Shown in pieces: positions 1-9,616 of a stretch of DNA of 64,000 nt. Position 1 is the first letter of the stretch; each line of letters begins with the position of its first letter. The position numbers and the translations under genes were made by a program. The DNA is from an uncultured Bacteroidota bacterium. Its GTDB lineage: Bacteria; Bacteroidota; Rhodothermia; Balneolales; HLUCCA01. Under the pieces are notes generated by a model, which saw only the letters and a list, made by a program, of their open reading frames with translations, searched no databases and was not told the origin of the DNA. Location of the stretch: contig CAMTWZ010000002.1 in the NCBI GenBank assembly GCA_947085565.1, forward strand, positions 3,921 to 67,920. Reading direction: 5' to 3'.

Positions 1-64
1 GGCGAAGACGCTCGGCGATGGATCGCCGTACAGAGTCGATGTTATGAGATAATATGGTATCCAT
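1..64 (-). CDS. Possible 5' end of a gene running off the window (MDTILSHNIDSVRRSIAERLR, YggS/PLP-binding-like N-terminus)
   Basis: Hand translation from ATG at 64; only 21 codons visible. Confidence 0.3.
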   Translation of the reverse strand, partial: MDTILSHNIDSVRRSIAERLR

Positions 65-223
65 TATGGGAATATATGGAGATAATAGATATTATGGTAG
101 ACGGTAGGCGGTAGACGGTATGACAGTGCGGCGTTTACCCCCTCTAACCCCCGGTTTAAACCGGGGGATAGAAGATGTCTCTTGTCTCTTTCCCCTTGTC
201 TCTGAATCGGGCCGCAGGCCCGA

Positions 224-709
224 TTAAAGAAACTCCGCCACCCTCCGCATCCATCCCTTCGCGAACACCGCCTGCCGCGGATCGTTCGTGATCAGTTCCC
301 CGAAGAAGATGATGCGTTTGGCAAGGATCGCCATCCTCACTTTTTGAGCTGTCGCCGCTGTCATCCTGAGGGAGGGCGCCTTGCGACCGACCGAAGGACC
401 TGACATCGCTTCCTCGAACCAGCGTTTGGCCCGCGACGGACCATGATGCACCGCGCAATCCAGCAGCAGGTCGCGCAGTTTCGCGTTCTTGATCTGGTCG
501 AAGCCCGGATCTTTGAGATAGCGCTTGGTGTAGATGGCCCGGGCTTCGCGCTCGGTCAGAGCCTTGACCTCCTCGCGGGAGGCAGGGCGGCCGAGGCCGC
601 GCCAATCGCCCAGCGTGGCGGCGGTGATGCCGAAGTTGGTTGCCCCGCCTCGATCGGCGGGATGATCGACGAAACCGCCTTCCCGGCGGAGGATGTCCTT
701 TAAAGACAT
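224..709 (-). CDS. Glycoside hydrolase family 108 (lysozyme-like peptidoglycan hydrolase)
   Basis: N-terminal EGGFVDHPADRGGATNFGIT signature and C-terminal FAKGWMRRV; carries an in-frame REP insert at 359-400. Confidence 0.85.
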   Translation of the reverse strand: MSLKDILRREGGFVDHPADRGGATNFGITAATLGDWRGLGRPASREEVKALTEREARAIYTKRYLKDPGFDQIKNAKLRDLLLDCAVHHGPSRAKRWFEEAMSGPSVGRKAPSLRMTAATAQKVRMAILAKRIIFFGELITNDPRQAVFAKGWMRRVAEFL

Positions 710-913
710 GGTAATTGGTAATTAGTAATTGGAAATTAGTACCCCTTAACATAATAACCAACTACCAACTACCAATTACCAATTACCAACTACCAACTAC
801 CAATTACCAACTACCAACTACCAACTACCAACTACCAACTACCAATTACCAACTACCAACTACCAACTACCAATTACCAATTACCAACTACCAACTACCA
901 ACTACCAACTACC
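710..913. repeat. Inverted heptamer arrays: (GGTAATT)n at 710-741 and about 22 x TACCAAC/TACCAAT at 756-913
   Basis: Read directly. Confidence 0.95.
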
Positions 914-1131
914 TCCAAGGCATCGCGATCACATGTTCTGACAGATGGACGGGTCTTTCGACCGCGCAGATGAGAAGGCCTTTTGCGACGGGCAGGTTCG
1001 GATGGGCCGCGCGAAAGGCATGAATGCCCGGCCAATGCGCCAGGTGAGGAGAGGAAGGCGGCATGTCCAGCGACTGGAAAGGCTACGCAAAGTTTGGTCA
1101 GACGGTCGGATAGGAGTTTTGGGGTGTACAT
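909..1131 (-). pseudogene. Collapsed remnant of an AAA ATPase (AAA_14/DUF4143-type) gene
   Basis: N-terminus MYTPKLLSDRLTKLCVAFPV, internal SSPGALAGH and, in another frame, C-terminus AFRAAHPNLPVAKGLLICAVERPVHLSEHVIAMPWR*; Walker motifs absent. Confidence 0.55.
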
Positions 1132-1250
1132 ACCTTGCATTATGATGACGATATCATCAAATTGCAAGGTATTTCAGCCGGGAAGGATTTGCTTGTGGGA
1201 GCTGGGATTATGGATGAGAATCATTCATTCACCGAGCACTTCAAGAGTTT

Positions 1251-1325
1251 ATGTACAGAAGAAGATCCGGATTAATCCTCGGCTTTCACGGCTGCGATGA
1301 GTCGGTCGCACAGGATGCTCTCGAC
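1251..1325 (+). pseudogene. N-terminal fragment of a conserved hypothetical gene (MYRRRSGLILGFHGCDESV), truncated by REP elements
   Basis: GFHGCD N-terminus recalled from a Bacteroidota hypothetical family; sequence turns into repeats at 1326. Confidence 0.45.
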
Positions 1326-1517
1326 GGGTCCTTCGGTCGCTACGCCTGCCTGCCGGCAGGCAAGCTCCCTCAGGATGAGGAGTTCACTTCAATCTTCCAC
1401 GGGGTGGGGCTTAAGCCCCACCCCGTTTTCGAAGGACCTTTGTTATTTGCCACGAAGCGCTGTCATCCTGACCCTGACCCTGAGCAGAGCGAAGGGGAAG
1501 GGGAAGGGGAAGGACCT
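1326..1517. repeat. Composite REP cluster: GTCATCCTGAG-family inverted pair with nested palindromes, including a perfect 28-bp palindrome at 1399-1426
   Basis: gggtccttcg...ctcaggatgag; acggggtggggcttaagccccaccccgt; tgtcatcctgaccctgaccctgagcagagcgaagggg...gaaggacc. Confidence 0.85.
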
Positions 1518-2535
1518 ACCTCAAACACCCCGCTACCACCTCAATCCCTTCCGCGCTCGGGTGCGGATCGGTGGGCAATTGTAGGTCCTTTGTATCGCCC
1601 CTTCTTTCAAGTCTCTTGTCTCTATCGCCTTGTCTCTCATTCGCGAAGCGAAGGACCTCACCACAATCCTTCCACGTCACTCCAAGTTCCGCGGCGATCG
1701 CCGCCATCGCCGCCATCAGGTAGCGCTGGTTCACATCCACCTGCTGAATGGCCGGGTAGCCGTTCGAGGCGAGCACCAACGTGCAGCCCGAGGCGGCGCA
1801 CAGGTCGCGCATCCGACCGAAAATCATCGTGTGAATCTGCGCGATGTACAGGCTGTCGCCGTTGCCCACCGGCGTGCTGAGGTCGTCGAAGTACCAGCGC
1901 GTCCAGGCGAACCGGATGAAGCCGTTGAGCAGGTAGCTGTGTTTCTGGGCGGCATGATAGCCGGGAATGGCTTCCATGGCCTCGCGGAAGGCGGTTTTAC
2001 GCCAACGCTGCGATTCTCCGTCGAGGCGGTAGAGGTCCTTGGCCAGGGTTCGGGTGGCGTCGTCGATGCTCAGAAGCACGATCAAAGTATCGGCTTCGAG
2101 CAGGTGCGGAAAGGTTTCGAGTTGCGCGAGGTAATCGGCCGGACCCGCGCCCCCCACCGCGAAATTCCGCCATCCCATGCGATGCGCCAGGGTTGATGAA
2201 TCGGGGAGATGCAGGCCGAAGGCGTAGGAGTCGCCGAGGAGGATGGTTGCAGGGGCCGGCCTATGTGCCGGCCCGTCTGCCAACGCATCCGCCCGAGGGA
2301 CGACACGCGGGTCGTCCCATGATACCCTGAACCGATCTCGATCAAACGTGTAGGTCACGACCACCCCATCAAGTTCGTGGATGGCCGTTCCTCCGGCGCG
2401 GTTCATCACGAAGCCGCGGTCGTGCATGTCGATCCACGTCTGCATCCGGTCGAAGGGATGCACCACGTGAAGCACGCCCTCGGCAAGCAGGAGGGAGACG
2501 ATCAACGAGCCGAGGAAGAGGAGGAGGTTGCGCAT
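1516..2535 (-). CDS. SGNH/GDSL hydrolase-like membrane-anchored protein
   Basis: N-terminal TM segment, LGDSYAFG, NFAVGGAG and C-terminal DPHPS motifs. Confidence 0.75.
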   Translation of the reverse strand: MRNLLLFLGSLIVSLLLAEGVLHVVHPFDRMQTWIDMHDRGFVMNRAGGTAIHELDGVVVTYTFDRDRFRVSWDDPRVVPRADALADGPAHRPAPATILLGDSYAFGLHLPDSSTLAHRMGWRNFAVGGAGPADYLAQLETFPHLLEADTLIVLLSIDDATRTLAKDLYRLDGESQRWRKTAFREAMEAIPGYHAAQKHSYLLNGFIRFAWTRWYFDDLSTPVGNGDSLYIAQIHTMIFGRMRDLCAASGCTLVLASNGYPAIQQVDVNQRYLMAAMAAIAAELGVTWKDCGEVLRFANERQGDRDKRLERRGDTKDLQLPTDPHPSAEGIEVVAGCLR

Positions 2536-2546
2536 GGGGGAAGATA

Positions 2547-2652
2547 GGAATCGGGAATCGGGAATCGGGAATCGGAAATCTTCCTATCTTCACGACGAAC
2601 GACGAACGACGAACGACGAACAACGAACAACGAACAACGAGCAACAGACAAC
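2547..2652. repeat. Heptamer arrays (GGAATCG)n and (ACGAACG/ACGAACA)n in a divergent promoter region
   Basis: Read directly; a CCTATCTTC box on each strand. Confidence 0.9.
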
Positions 2653-3678
2653 ATGAACATCCTCCTCACCGGTGGGGCCGGCTTCATCGGCTTCAATTTC
2701 GTCTCGTATTGGCTGGCCAACGACCCGTCGGTCCGTTTCGCGAACATCGACAAGCTTACCTACGCCGGAAATCCCGCTTCCTTGCAGCTTCTGGCCGCTT
2801 ATGGCGACCGCCACACCCATCACAAGGTGGATATATGCGACGGTGCGGCCGTGCGCGCGGTGTTCGAGAGCTTCAAGCCGGATGTGGTGATCCACTTCGC
2901 CGCGGAGAGTCATGTGGATCGGTCGATCGACGGACCCGGTGAATTCATTCAAACCAACATCAACGGCACATTCACGCTCTTGCAGGAAAGCCTGCGTCAT
3001 TTCGAGAGCTTGGATGAGGCTGGTAAAGCGAAATTCCGGTTTCATCATGTGTCCACCGACGAAGTCTTCGGCTCGCTGGGCGACACCGGCTATTTTTCGG
3101 AAACCACGGCATACGATCCGCGGAGCCCGTACTCGTCGTCGAAAGCCGCATCAGATCACCTCGTCCGCGCCTGGTATCACACCTATGGCTTGCCGGTGGT
3201 GCTTACGAACTGCTCGAACAACTACGGTGCGTTCCACTTTCCTGAGAAACTGATCCCTCTCATGATTCTGAAACTCCACAACGGAAAACCCTTACCGGTC
3301 TACGGCGACGGTTTGAACGTCCGCGATTGGCTCTATGTCGAAGACCATGTGCGCGCGCTGATGACCGTGCTCCGCGGCGGACGCTCCGGCGAGACCTACT
3401 GCGTGGGCGGCGGCGCCGAGATGAAGAACATCGACGTCGTGAAGACGCTGATTCAAGTGATGGATGAGGCTTATCCGCATCCCGAGATCAAAGACCGCAC
3501 CTCCCTCATCACATACGTCGAAGACCGGAAAGGCCACGACCGCCGCTACGCCATCGACGCGTCGAAACTGCACACCGAGCTCGGCTGGTCGCCGCAAGAA
3601 AGCTTCGAAAGCGGGATCCGCAAGACGGTGAAGTGGTATATGGAAAATGAAGCGTGGTGGAGGCCGTTGCTTCGCTAG
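2653..3678 (+). CDS. rfbB: dTDP-glucose 4,6-dehydratase
   Basis: TGGAGFIG, AAESHVDRSI, HVSTDEVFG, YSSSKA, GHDRRYAID. Confidence 0.97.
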   Translation: MNILLTGGAGFIGFNFVSYWLANDPSVRFANIDKLTYAGNPASLQLLAAYGDRHTHHKVDICDGAAVRAVFESFKPDVVIHFAAESHVDRSIDGPGEFIQTNINGTFTLLQESLRHFESLDEAGKAKFRFHHVSTDEVFGSLGDTGYFSETTAYDPRSPYSSSKAASDHLVRAWYHTYGLPVVLTNCSNNYGAFHFPEKLIPLMILKLHNGKPLPVYGDGLNVRDWLYVEDHVRALMTVLRGGRSGETYCVGGGAEMKNIDVVKTLIQVMDEAYPHPEIKDRTSLITYVEDRKGHDRRYAIDASKLHTELGWSPQESFESGIRKTVKWYMENEAWWRPLLR

Positions 3679-3688
3679 TCGCTCACTA

Positions 3689-3861
3689 AATTTTAAATTA
3701 TAAATTTTAAATGGTGGGTCTTGAGATCGAACCACGCAACGTGCTTCTAGCCAGGTACATCTCGGAGCCCATCATTTAAAATTGTCCATATAAAATTCAC
3801 ATTCGAGCTTTTAGCTAAGCACAGCTCCCCATTTATAATTAATAATTGTCAATTTAAAATT
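3689..3861. repeat. AT-rich AATTTTAAATG-family inverted repeats
   Basis: aaattttaaattataaattttaaatgg ... catttaaaattgtcc ... catttataattaataattgtcaatttaaaatt. Confidence 0.8.
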
Positions 3862-3903
3862 GGTGTATCTCGAAACGCGACTAAAACCTCTTAACCAAGT
3901 CCT

Positions 3904-4770
3904 ATGAAAGGAATTATTTTGGCCGGCGGTTCCGGCACCCGTCTGCATCCGCTCACGCTGGTCATGAGCAAGCAACTGTTGCCGGTCTATGATAAGCCGA
4001 TGATCTACTATCCGCTGAGCACGCTCATGATGGCCGGCATTCGCGACATCCTCATCATTTCCACGCCGCACGATCTGCCGCATTTCGAGCGCATTTTGGG
4101 GGATGGGAGCCGCATCGGATGTTCCTTCACGTACGCCGTTCAGCCCGAGCCGAAGGGCTTGGCGCAGGCGTTTACCATCGGCGCGGAGTTCATCGGCCGT
4201 GAAAAAGTGGCGCTGGTGCTCGGCGATAACATCTTTTACGGCGCCGGACTCGGTTCCCAACTCCGCAACTGCGCCGATCCGGATGGTGGCATCGTGTTCG
4301 CGTACCGGGTGAGCGATCCCGAGCGCTACGGCGTGGTGGAGTTCGACGCGGAGGGGCAAGTCCTTTCCATCGAAGAGAAGCCGGCCAAGCCGAAATCCAA
4401 TTATGCGGTTCCGGGTTTGTATTTCTATGACAACTCGGTCGTCGAAATCGCCCGCAACATCCAGCCGTCGCATCGCGGCGAGTTGGAAATCACCGATGTG
4501 AACCGGATGTACTTGGAAGCTGGCAAACTGAGCACGCGCATCCTTCCGCGCGGCACGGCCTGGCTGGATACCGGCACGTTCAACTCGCTGATGCAAGCGG
4601 GTCAGTTCATCCAAGTCATCGAAGACCGCCAAGGCTTCAAGATCGGCTGCATCGAAGAGATCGCGTGGAGGAACCATTGGATTGGTGATGCGGAGCTCGT
4701 GGCGCTGGGCGATCAGCTTGGGAAGAGCGGGTATGGGGCTTATCTGAAACGCTTGACGCTGGACGCTTGA
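3904..4770 (+). CDS. rfbA: Glucose-1-phosphate thymidylyltransferase
   Basis: [37 protein letters not shown]. Confidence 0.97.
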   Translation: MKGIILAGGSGTRLHPLTLVMSKQLLPVYDKPMIYYPLSTLMMAGIRDILIISTPHDLPHFERILGDGSRIGCSFTYAVQPEPKGLAQAFTIGAEFIGREKVALVLGDNIFYGAGLGSQLRNCADPDGGIVFAYRVSDPERYGVVEFDAEGQVLSIEEKPAKPKSNYAVPGLYFYDNSVVEIARNIQPSHRGELEITDVNRMYLEAGKLSTRILPRGTAWLDTGTFNSLMQAGQFIQVIEDRQGFKIGCIEEIAWRNHWIGDAELVALGDQLGKSGYGAYLKRLTLDA

Positions 4771-4818
4771 CGCCTGACGCTTGACGCTTGACGCCTGACG
4801 CTTGACGCCTGACGCTTA
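4749..4818. repeat. 10 x ACGCTTG/ACGCCTG array overlapping the stop codons of rfbA and the four-helix-bundle gene
   Basis: Read directly. Confidence 0.95.
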
Positions 4819-5169
4819 GGAGCGGACGCTTTTCATGTAATTGAGCAATGTCGCCCTGGTGTGGTTGACGTCGTTGTTCAGTGAGATAAATAGGGTTTCA
4901 TCGACATATCCCAGATCGTGAGCGATGATGAGATGGCATTCCACCTCATTGGCTGAGCCGAGGGCAATTTCTAAAAAGCGATAGAAATCTGCTTGAGATC
5001 GCCGAGATGCGCCTTCGGCGATGTTTGCCGCAATAGACACAACGGCTCTGCAAAGTTGATCGGTCAGTCGAAACCTCTCTTTCGAGGGAAAGGTGTCGGT
5101 TAGGGTATAGATGGCGACAGTCAATCTGCGTGATTTCTGCCACACTTCCATTTTCTTGAATTCTCTCAT
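4816..5169 (-). CDS. Four-helix-bundle protein (23S rRNA IVP/S23 family)
   Basis: FKKMEVWQKS, FPSKERFRLTDQLCRAVVSIAANIAEG, FLEIALGSANE. Confidence 0.93.
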   Translation of the reverse strand: MREFKKMEVWQKSRRLTVAIYTLTDTFPSKERFRLTDQLCRAVVSIAANIAEGASRRSQADFYRFLEIALGSANEVECHLIIAHDLGYVDETLFISLNNDVNHTRATLLNYMKSVRS

Positions 5170-5249
5170 GTTGCTTCTCCAAAGGTTATATTTGGATAGA
5201 GCTGATTTTCAGTGAATTCTTACAAACATTGCACAGATTTAGGACAAAA

Positions 5250-5277
5250 AGCGTCTAGCGTCTGGCGTCAAGCGTAA
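5250..5277. repeat. (AGCGTCN)x4 array, inverted partner of 4749-4818
   Basis: agcgtct agcgtct ggcgtca agcgtaa. Confidence 0.9.
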
Positions 5278-5281
5278 ACCC

Positions 5282-5806
5282 ATGCTCCTCCCCGGCCTCA
5301 TCCTCATCGAACCTCGCGTCTTCACCGATGCACGCGGCTATTTTTTCGAATCCTGGTCGAAGGCCAAGTACGATGAGCTCATCGGACCGGTCGATTTCAT
5401 CCAAGACAACGAATCGCAATCGGTGCGCGGCACCTTGCGCGGGCTGCATTATCAGCGCGAGCCCTTCGCCCAGTCGAAACTGGTGCGAGTGATCGCTGGA
5501 AGCGTGTTCGACGTGGCGGTGGACATCCGTCCCGGAAGCGCCACATTCGGCCAATGGTACGGCGTCGAGCTCTCGGCCGAAAACAAGCGCCAATTGTTCA
5601 TTCCGAAAGGGTTCGCCCACGGCTTTCTCGTGCTCAGCGACACCGCGATTTTCTCTTACAAGGTGGATGCGCCCTGGAACAAAGACTCGGAAGCGGCGAT
5701 CCGCTGGGACGACCCGAGCATCGGGATCGACTGGCCGATGAAGGAAGCCGAGTTGATTCTGAGTGAGAAAGATCGGAACGCGGGGCGTTTGACGCCTAAC
5801 GCTTGA
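5282..5806 (+). CDS. rfbC: dTDP-4-dehydrorhamnose 3,5-epimerase
   Basis: DARGYFFE, QDNES, RGLHYQ, GFAHGF. Confidence 0.96.
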   Translation: MLLPGLILIEPRVFTDARGYFFESWSKAKYDELIGPVDFIQDNESQSVRGTLRGLHYQREPFAQSKLVRVIAGSVFDVAVDIRPGSATFGQWYGVELSAENKRQLFIPKGFAHGFLVLSDTAIFSYKVDAPWNKDSEAAIRWDDPSIGIDWPMKEAELILSEKDRNAGRLTPNA

Positions 5807-5823
5807 CGCAAGAAGAGAAACGC

Positions 5824-6642
5824 ATGACGCAAGAACATCCTTCAGACAATGTCCTGCATAGAGCGTCTAGCGTTCAGCGTCCGGCGTTAAGCGTCCGGCG
5901 TCAAGCGTCCAGCGTTCCGCGCCTCACCGTCATCCTTCCCGCTTATAACGCCGCCAAGACCTTGCGTGCCACCGTCGCCGCCATTCCGATGGATGTGGTG
6001 CATGATGTGGTGTTGGTCGATGACCACAGTGGCGACGACACCTTCGCTCTCGCCCAGGAACTTGGCATCCACTGCGTTCGGCACGACGCGAACAAAGGAT
6101 ACGGCGCCAACCAGAAATCCTGCTACGACATCGCTCTCTCTCGAGGCGCCGATATCGTGATCATGCTCCATCCCGATTACCAGTACGAGCCGCGCCTGGT
6201 GCCCGCCATGGCCGCGATGATCACCTCGGGTGTGTACGATGTCTGTCTCGGATCACGCATTCTGGCGCAAGACGCGGTGGCCGGAGGGATGCCCGTCTAT
6301 AAGTACATCTCGAACCGCATCCTCACGCTCATCGAGAACCTGCTTCTCGGACAAAAACTGTCCGAGTACCACACCGGCTACCGCGCTTACAGCAGGAAGG
6401 CGCTCGAATCGGTCGATTATCATAAGAACAGCGACGATTTCATCTTCGACAACGAAATTCTCGCTCAGATGCAGCACAAGGGGATGCGGTTCGGGGAGAT
6501 CAGTTGTCCCACGAAGTACTTCGACGAGGCGTCGTCGATTAATTTCCGCCGCTCGGTGACCTATGGCTTCGGTGTTCTGCATACCGCGCTCCGATACCGG
6601 CTACACCGATGGAATCTGATGCGCTATGAGATCCTGGACTGA
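5824..6642 (+). CDS. Glycosyltransferase family 2 (DPM1-like)
   Basis: VILPAYN, VDDHSGD, NKGYGANQK, HPDYQY; N-terminus contains a translated heptamer array. Confidence 0.9.
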   Translation: MTQEHPSDNVLHRASSVQRPALSVRRQASSVPRLTVILPAYNAAKTLRATVAAIPMDVVHDVVLVDDHSGDDTFALAQELGIHCVRHDANKGYGANQKSCYDIALSRGADIVIMLHPDYQYEPRLVPAMAAMITSGVYDVCLGSRILAQDAVAGGMPVYKYISNRILTLIENLLLGQKLSEYHTGYRAYSRKALESVDYHKNSDDFIFDNEILAQMQHKGMRFGEISCPTKYFDEASSINFRRSVTYGFGVLHTALRYRLHRWNLMRYEILD

Positions 6643-8107
6643 GTCGCGATGGCTGCTGCCGCTGTGTTGGCTTGCGGCCGTGGTTGTGGTGAATCCGATC
6701 GGGAACTTCCCCCTGAACGACGACTGGAGCTACGCGTTGAACGTGCGCTCCTGGGTGGAAGGAGGCGTGTTCAAGTTCAACGACTGGGCGGCGATGACCC
6801 AACTCACACCCGTTCTGCTCGGCATCGGAGTGACGGAGGTGGTCGGATTTTCGCACACGGCGCTGCGGTTGGTGACGCTGGGGGTGGTGTTTTTCTTTGT
6901 TGTTGGGGCGCGCAGTACGGGCACATCATTGATGTGCCCGTACAATGCGCCCCTTCTGTTCAACCCCCTCTTCTTCTCCCTCTCGTTCACGTTCATGACG
7001 GATGTGTTTTTCCTGATTCTGTTTCTGGTGTCGATGGACCTGATCGTCCGGGAACGGTGGGGATGGGGCACGGTTTTCGCGGTGCTGGCCACCTTGACCC
7101 GGCAAACGGGCGTGGGACTGGGGTTGTCGTTGGTGGTGGGGTCCTTCTTTGGAGGCGCATATCATGCGCCTCTGCGGAGGTCGTTCTTGATGTCGATCAT
7201 TTTGGTCGGTGTTTTGATCGCCTATTCGGTCCTGATGTCCCATTTCGGGGTGATTTCGGGGAATTACAACACTTTGGGTGATTTGGCCTGGATATTAGGA
7301 CACGATCGCCCGCTGGCGCGGATGGGCGCGAACGCGGCGCTGGTGGTCACGTATTTGGGGCTGTTCACGTGGCCGGTGATTCCGCTGGCGTGGAGCCGGA
7401 TCCGGACGATGGCGCCGTGGTGGGTCTTCGCAGGCATCACGGTGGCGGTCGCCGCGCTGAGCTGGGGCCGGTTTCCGATGACGCACGACGGCAATCTGCT
7501 GGCAGGGTGGGGCATAGGTCCGCTGGTTCTGCCCGGCGGCCATGGGTTCGAAGGGCCGGGGCGATGGGTGGATGTCGTCTTAGGGCTTGGGGGCGCGGCG
7601 GGGGGCGGTGTGGTGATGGTAGCGGCGTGGAATGCCATGCGCAGTCACGATACTTCGCTATGGCTTCGGTGGGCGATTGTGATCTCCATCGGCTACACGC
7701 TTTTCATCCTTATCGGACGCTTTTTCTTCGATCGCTACATCCTGTTGCTGGTGCCCTTCGCGTTGCAGGTGGTCTTCGCACAGCAAGATGCCCCATCCAA
7801 GCCGGCCCGCTGGCTAAGTTATGCGCTGATGATCGCCATGGCCGCGTACTCCATCCTCGGAACGCGTCAGCTGATGGAGGTGAACCGCGCGCGGTGGGAA
7901 GCGGTTCGCTCGCTGACCCAAGCCGGCATCCCTACATCCGATATCGACGGCGGATTCGAAGTCAACGGCTGGCATCAGAACCCATCCCCCGAAACCGCGA
8001 CCTACGTGATCGGGCGAGTTCCTCCGCAAGGCGCGGTCATAGTGCGCAGGTTCGAGGAAGGGATCGTGGTTTGGAGACGGGACCTAATTTTAAATGATCA
8101 ATTTTAA
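6626..8107 (+). CDS. Polytopic membrane glycosyltransferase (GT-C, ArnT/PMT-like)
   Basis: NFPLNDDWSY loop, FMTDV, RQTG, FDRY, many TM segments. Confidence 0.75.
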   Translation: MRSWTESRWLLPLCWLAAVVVVNPIGNFPLNDDWSYALNVRSWVEGGVFKFNDWAAMTQLTPVLLGIGVTEVVGFSHTALRLVTLGVVFFFVVGARSTGTSLMCPYNAPLLFNPLFFSLSFTFMTDVFFLILFLVSMDLIVRERWGWGTVFAVLATLTRQTGVGLGLSLVVGSFFGGAYHAPLRRSFLMSIILVGVLIAYSVLMSHFGVISGNYNTLGDLAWILGHDRPLARMGANAALVVTYLGLFTWPVIPLAWSRIRTMAPWWVFAGITVAVAALSWGRFPMTHDGNLLAGWGIGPLVLPGGHGFEGPGRWVDVVLGLGGAAGGGVVMVAAWNAMRSHDTSLWLRWAIVISIGYTLFILIGRFFFDRYILLLVPFALQVVFAQQDAPSKPARWLSYALMIAMAAYSILGTRQLMEVNRARWEAVRSLTQAGIPTSDIDGGFEVNGWHQNPSPETATYVIGRVPPQGAVIVRRFEEGIVVWRRDLILNDQF

Positions 8108-8271
8108 ATGGGGTCCTTCGGGCCTTCGGCCCTCAGGATGACAGTGCCGTCGCTTTTTTGAATGGCGGCATAATGACACCCCAAGCGTACTTTTTATCTT
8201 GCTATGCCGCCTCTTCATTCATTTATTGACGCACTGTCATCCTGAGCGGAGCGAAGGACCCATTTATAATT
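8086..8271. repeat. Nested inverted-repeat element (AATTTTAAATG arms, GTCATCCTGAG arms, internal GCGGCATA/TATGCCGC hairpin)
   Basis: 8111-8147 pairs with 8231-8261; lies between convergent genes, so could also act as a terminator. Confidence 0.85.
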
Positions 8272-8779
8272 CCTTCCCACTTTCTACTTCTACCTTCTCA
8301 CTTAAAGAACTCCACCACACCCACATCGCGAAGATGACGATATAGAAGATCGCCGTGGTTGAATAATCATGCGTGACGGTGAAGATTGACGGCGCGTGCT
8401 TCTGCGTGATCACGAGCACCACCACACGGACGATGTTCACGAGGTAAATGAGAAAGAGTCCGAGCGGGATGAACCATGCGCGGTTTTTCCAGGTCCCTTT
8501 GAACGCCACCACAAAACCCACGAACAGGCCCAGCGCTTCGATGCCGTTGCACCCATCCACCATTTCGATGCCGTTCGCACCCGGGAGCGTGATCACACGG
8601 GCGTAAGTGATGATATCAAATCCCATCAGCTCCATAATCCATTTCGACACGGAAATGATGTGTAGCGAGAGGGCGTGGTCCACCCGCCCGTCGGGAAGGA
8701 TCCACAGGTCGTAAAGCAGATACCAGGCCACGAAGATGCCCAGTGATGTGATGATGAAGCGAGTGAGGTCTTTGTTCAC
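8264..8779 (-). CDS. Exosortase/archaeosortase family protein
   Basis: VDGCNG (Cys), NIVR (Arg), THDY (His) in a multi-TM protein. Confidence 0.85.
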   Translation of the reverse strand: MNKDLTRFIITSLGIFVAWYLLYDLWILPDGRVDHALSLHIISVSKWIMELMGFDIITYARVITLPGANGIEMVDGCNGIEALGLFVGFVVAFKGTWKNRAWFIPLGLFLIYLVNIVRVVVLVITQKHAPSIFTVTHDYSTTAIFYIVIFAMWVWWSSLSEKVEVESGKEL

Positions 8780-8780
8780 G

Positions 8781-8992
8781 AAAAGTAGGAAGTAGGAAGG
8801 TTGAAGTGGGAAGATAGGAATCAGGAATCAGGAATCGGAAATCAGGAATCAGGAAATCGGAAATCGGTAAATACCAGCGTACCAGCGTACCAGCGTACCA
8901 GCGTACCAGCGTACCAGCGTACCATCCTACCAGCGTACCAGCGTACCAGCGTACCAGCGTACCATCCTACCATCCTACCATCCTACCATCCT
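8781..8992. repeat. Stacked arrays: AAGTAGG, GGAATCA/G, ACCAGCGT and ACCATCCT
   Basis: Read directly. Confidence 0.95.
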
Positions 8993-9615
8993 CTTTGACC
9001 AATCAACGGCACGAACTTGAACCCGTCGTAGCGCTCCTCTTCGTACCCTGTCTCCGACATCCGCCATAGGCGAAGCATCTGTTGGGTTTCGTTGTCGCCA
9101 ACGGGGATCACGAGTCGCCCGCCGATTTTCAGTTGCTCCAACAGGCTTTCGGGCACCACCGGGGCTCCCGCCGTCACCACGATTCCGTCGTATGGAGCGT
9201 ACGCGCTCCATCCCAACGTGCCATCGCCGCATTTCAATTCAGGGCGGAACCCCATCCCACGCAGCAAATCCCGCGCTTTGAGATAGAGCGGCTCGTGTCG
9301 CTCGACGCTGAAGACCTTGTGTCCCATCTGGCACAACACTGCGCACTGATAACCCGATCCGGTTCCGATTTCCAACACGGTTTCGCCCGGATGCAGCTCC
9401 AACAACTCGGTCTGCCGCGCCACGGTGTACGGCTGCGAAATGGTCTGCTTCATGCCGATCGGCAGTGCGGTGTCCTCATACGCCCGATGCGCCAAGGCCG
9501 AATCGATGAACTGCTCGCGGGCCACAACCCCGATCGCACTCAAGACCCGCTCATCGAGGATGCCTTTGTCTCTGAGCTCTTGCACGAGCCGTGTTCTTGG
9601 GGCGGAGAAGCGCAT
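8983..9615 (-). CDS. pcm: Protein-L-isoaspartate O-methyltransferase
   Basis: QTISQP, VLEIGTGSGYQ, APYDGIVVTAG, FVPLIG. Confidence 0.96.
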   Translation of the reverse strand: MRFSAPRTRLVQELRDKGILDERVLSAIGVVAREQFIDSALAHRAYEDTALPIGMKQTISQPYTVARQTELLELHPGETVLEIGTGSGYQCAVLCQMGHKVFSVERHEPLYLKARDLLRGMGFRPELKCGDGTLGWSAYAPYDGIVVTAGAPVVPESLLEQLKIGGRLVIPVGDNETQQMLRLWRMSETGYEEERYDGFKFVPLIGQRGW

Positions 9616-9616
9616 G

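Noticed and set aside
224-709. Prophage lysis module
   Set aside because: GH108 stands alone, with no holin, structural or integrase genes nearby
715-1023. ORF with (NYQLPTT)n
   Set aside because: Translation of the TACCAAC array, not a credible protein
1251-1880. 209-aa ORF as a full gene
   Set aside because: Beyond about 25 codons it reads through REPs and antisense to the SGNH gene
4816-5169. Diversity-generating retroelement (Avd-like gene)
   Set aside because: No reverse transcriptase or TR/VR pair seen in the window
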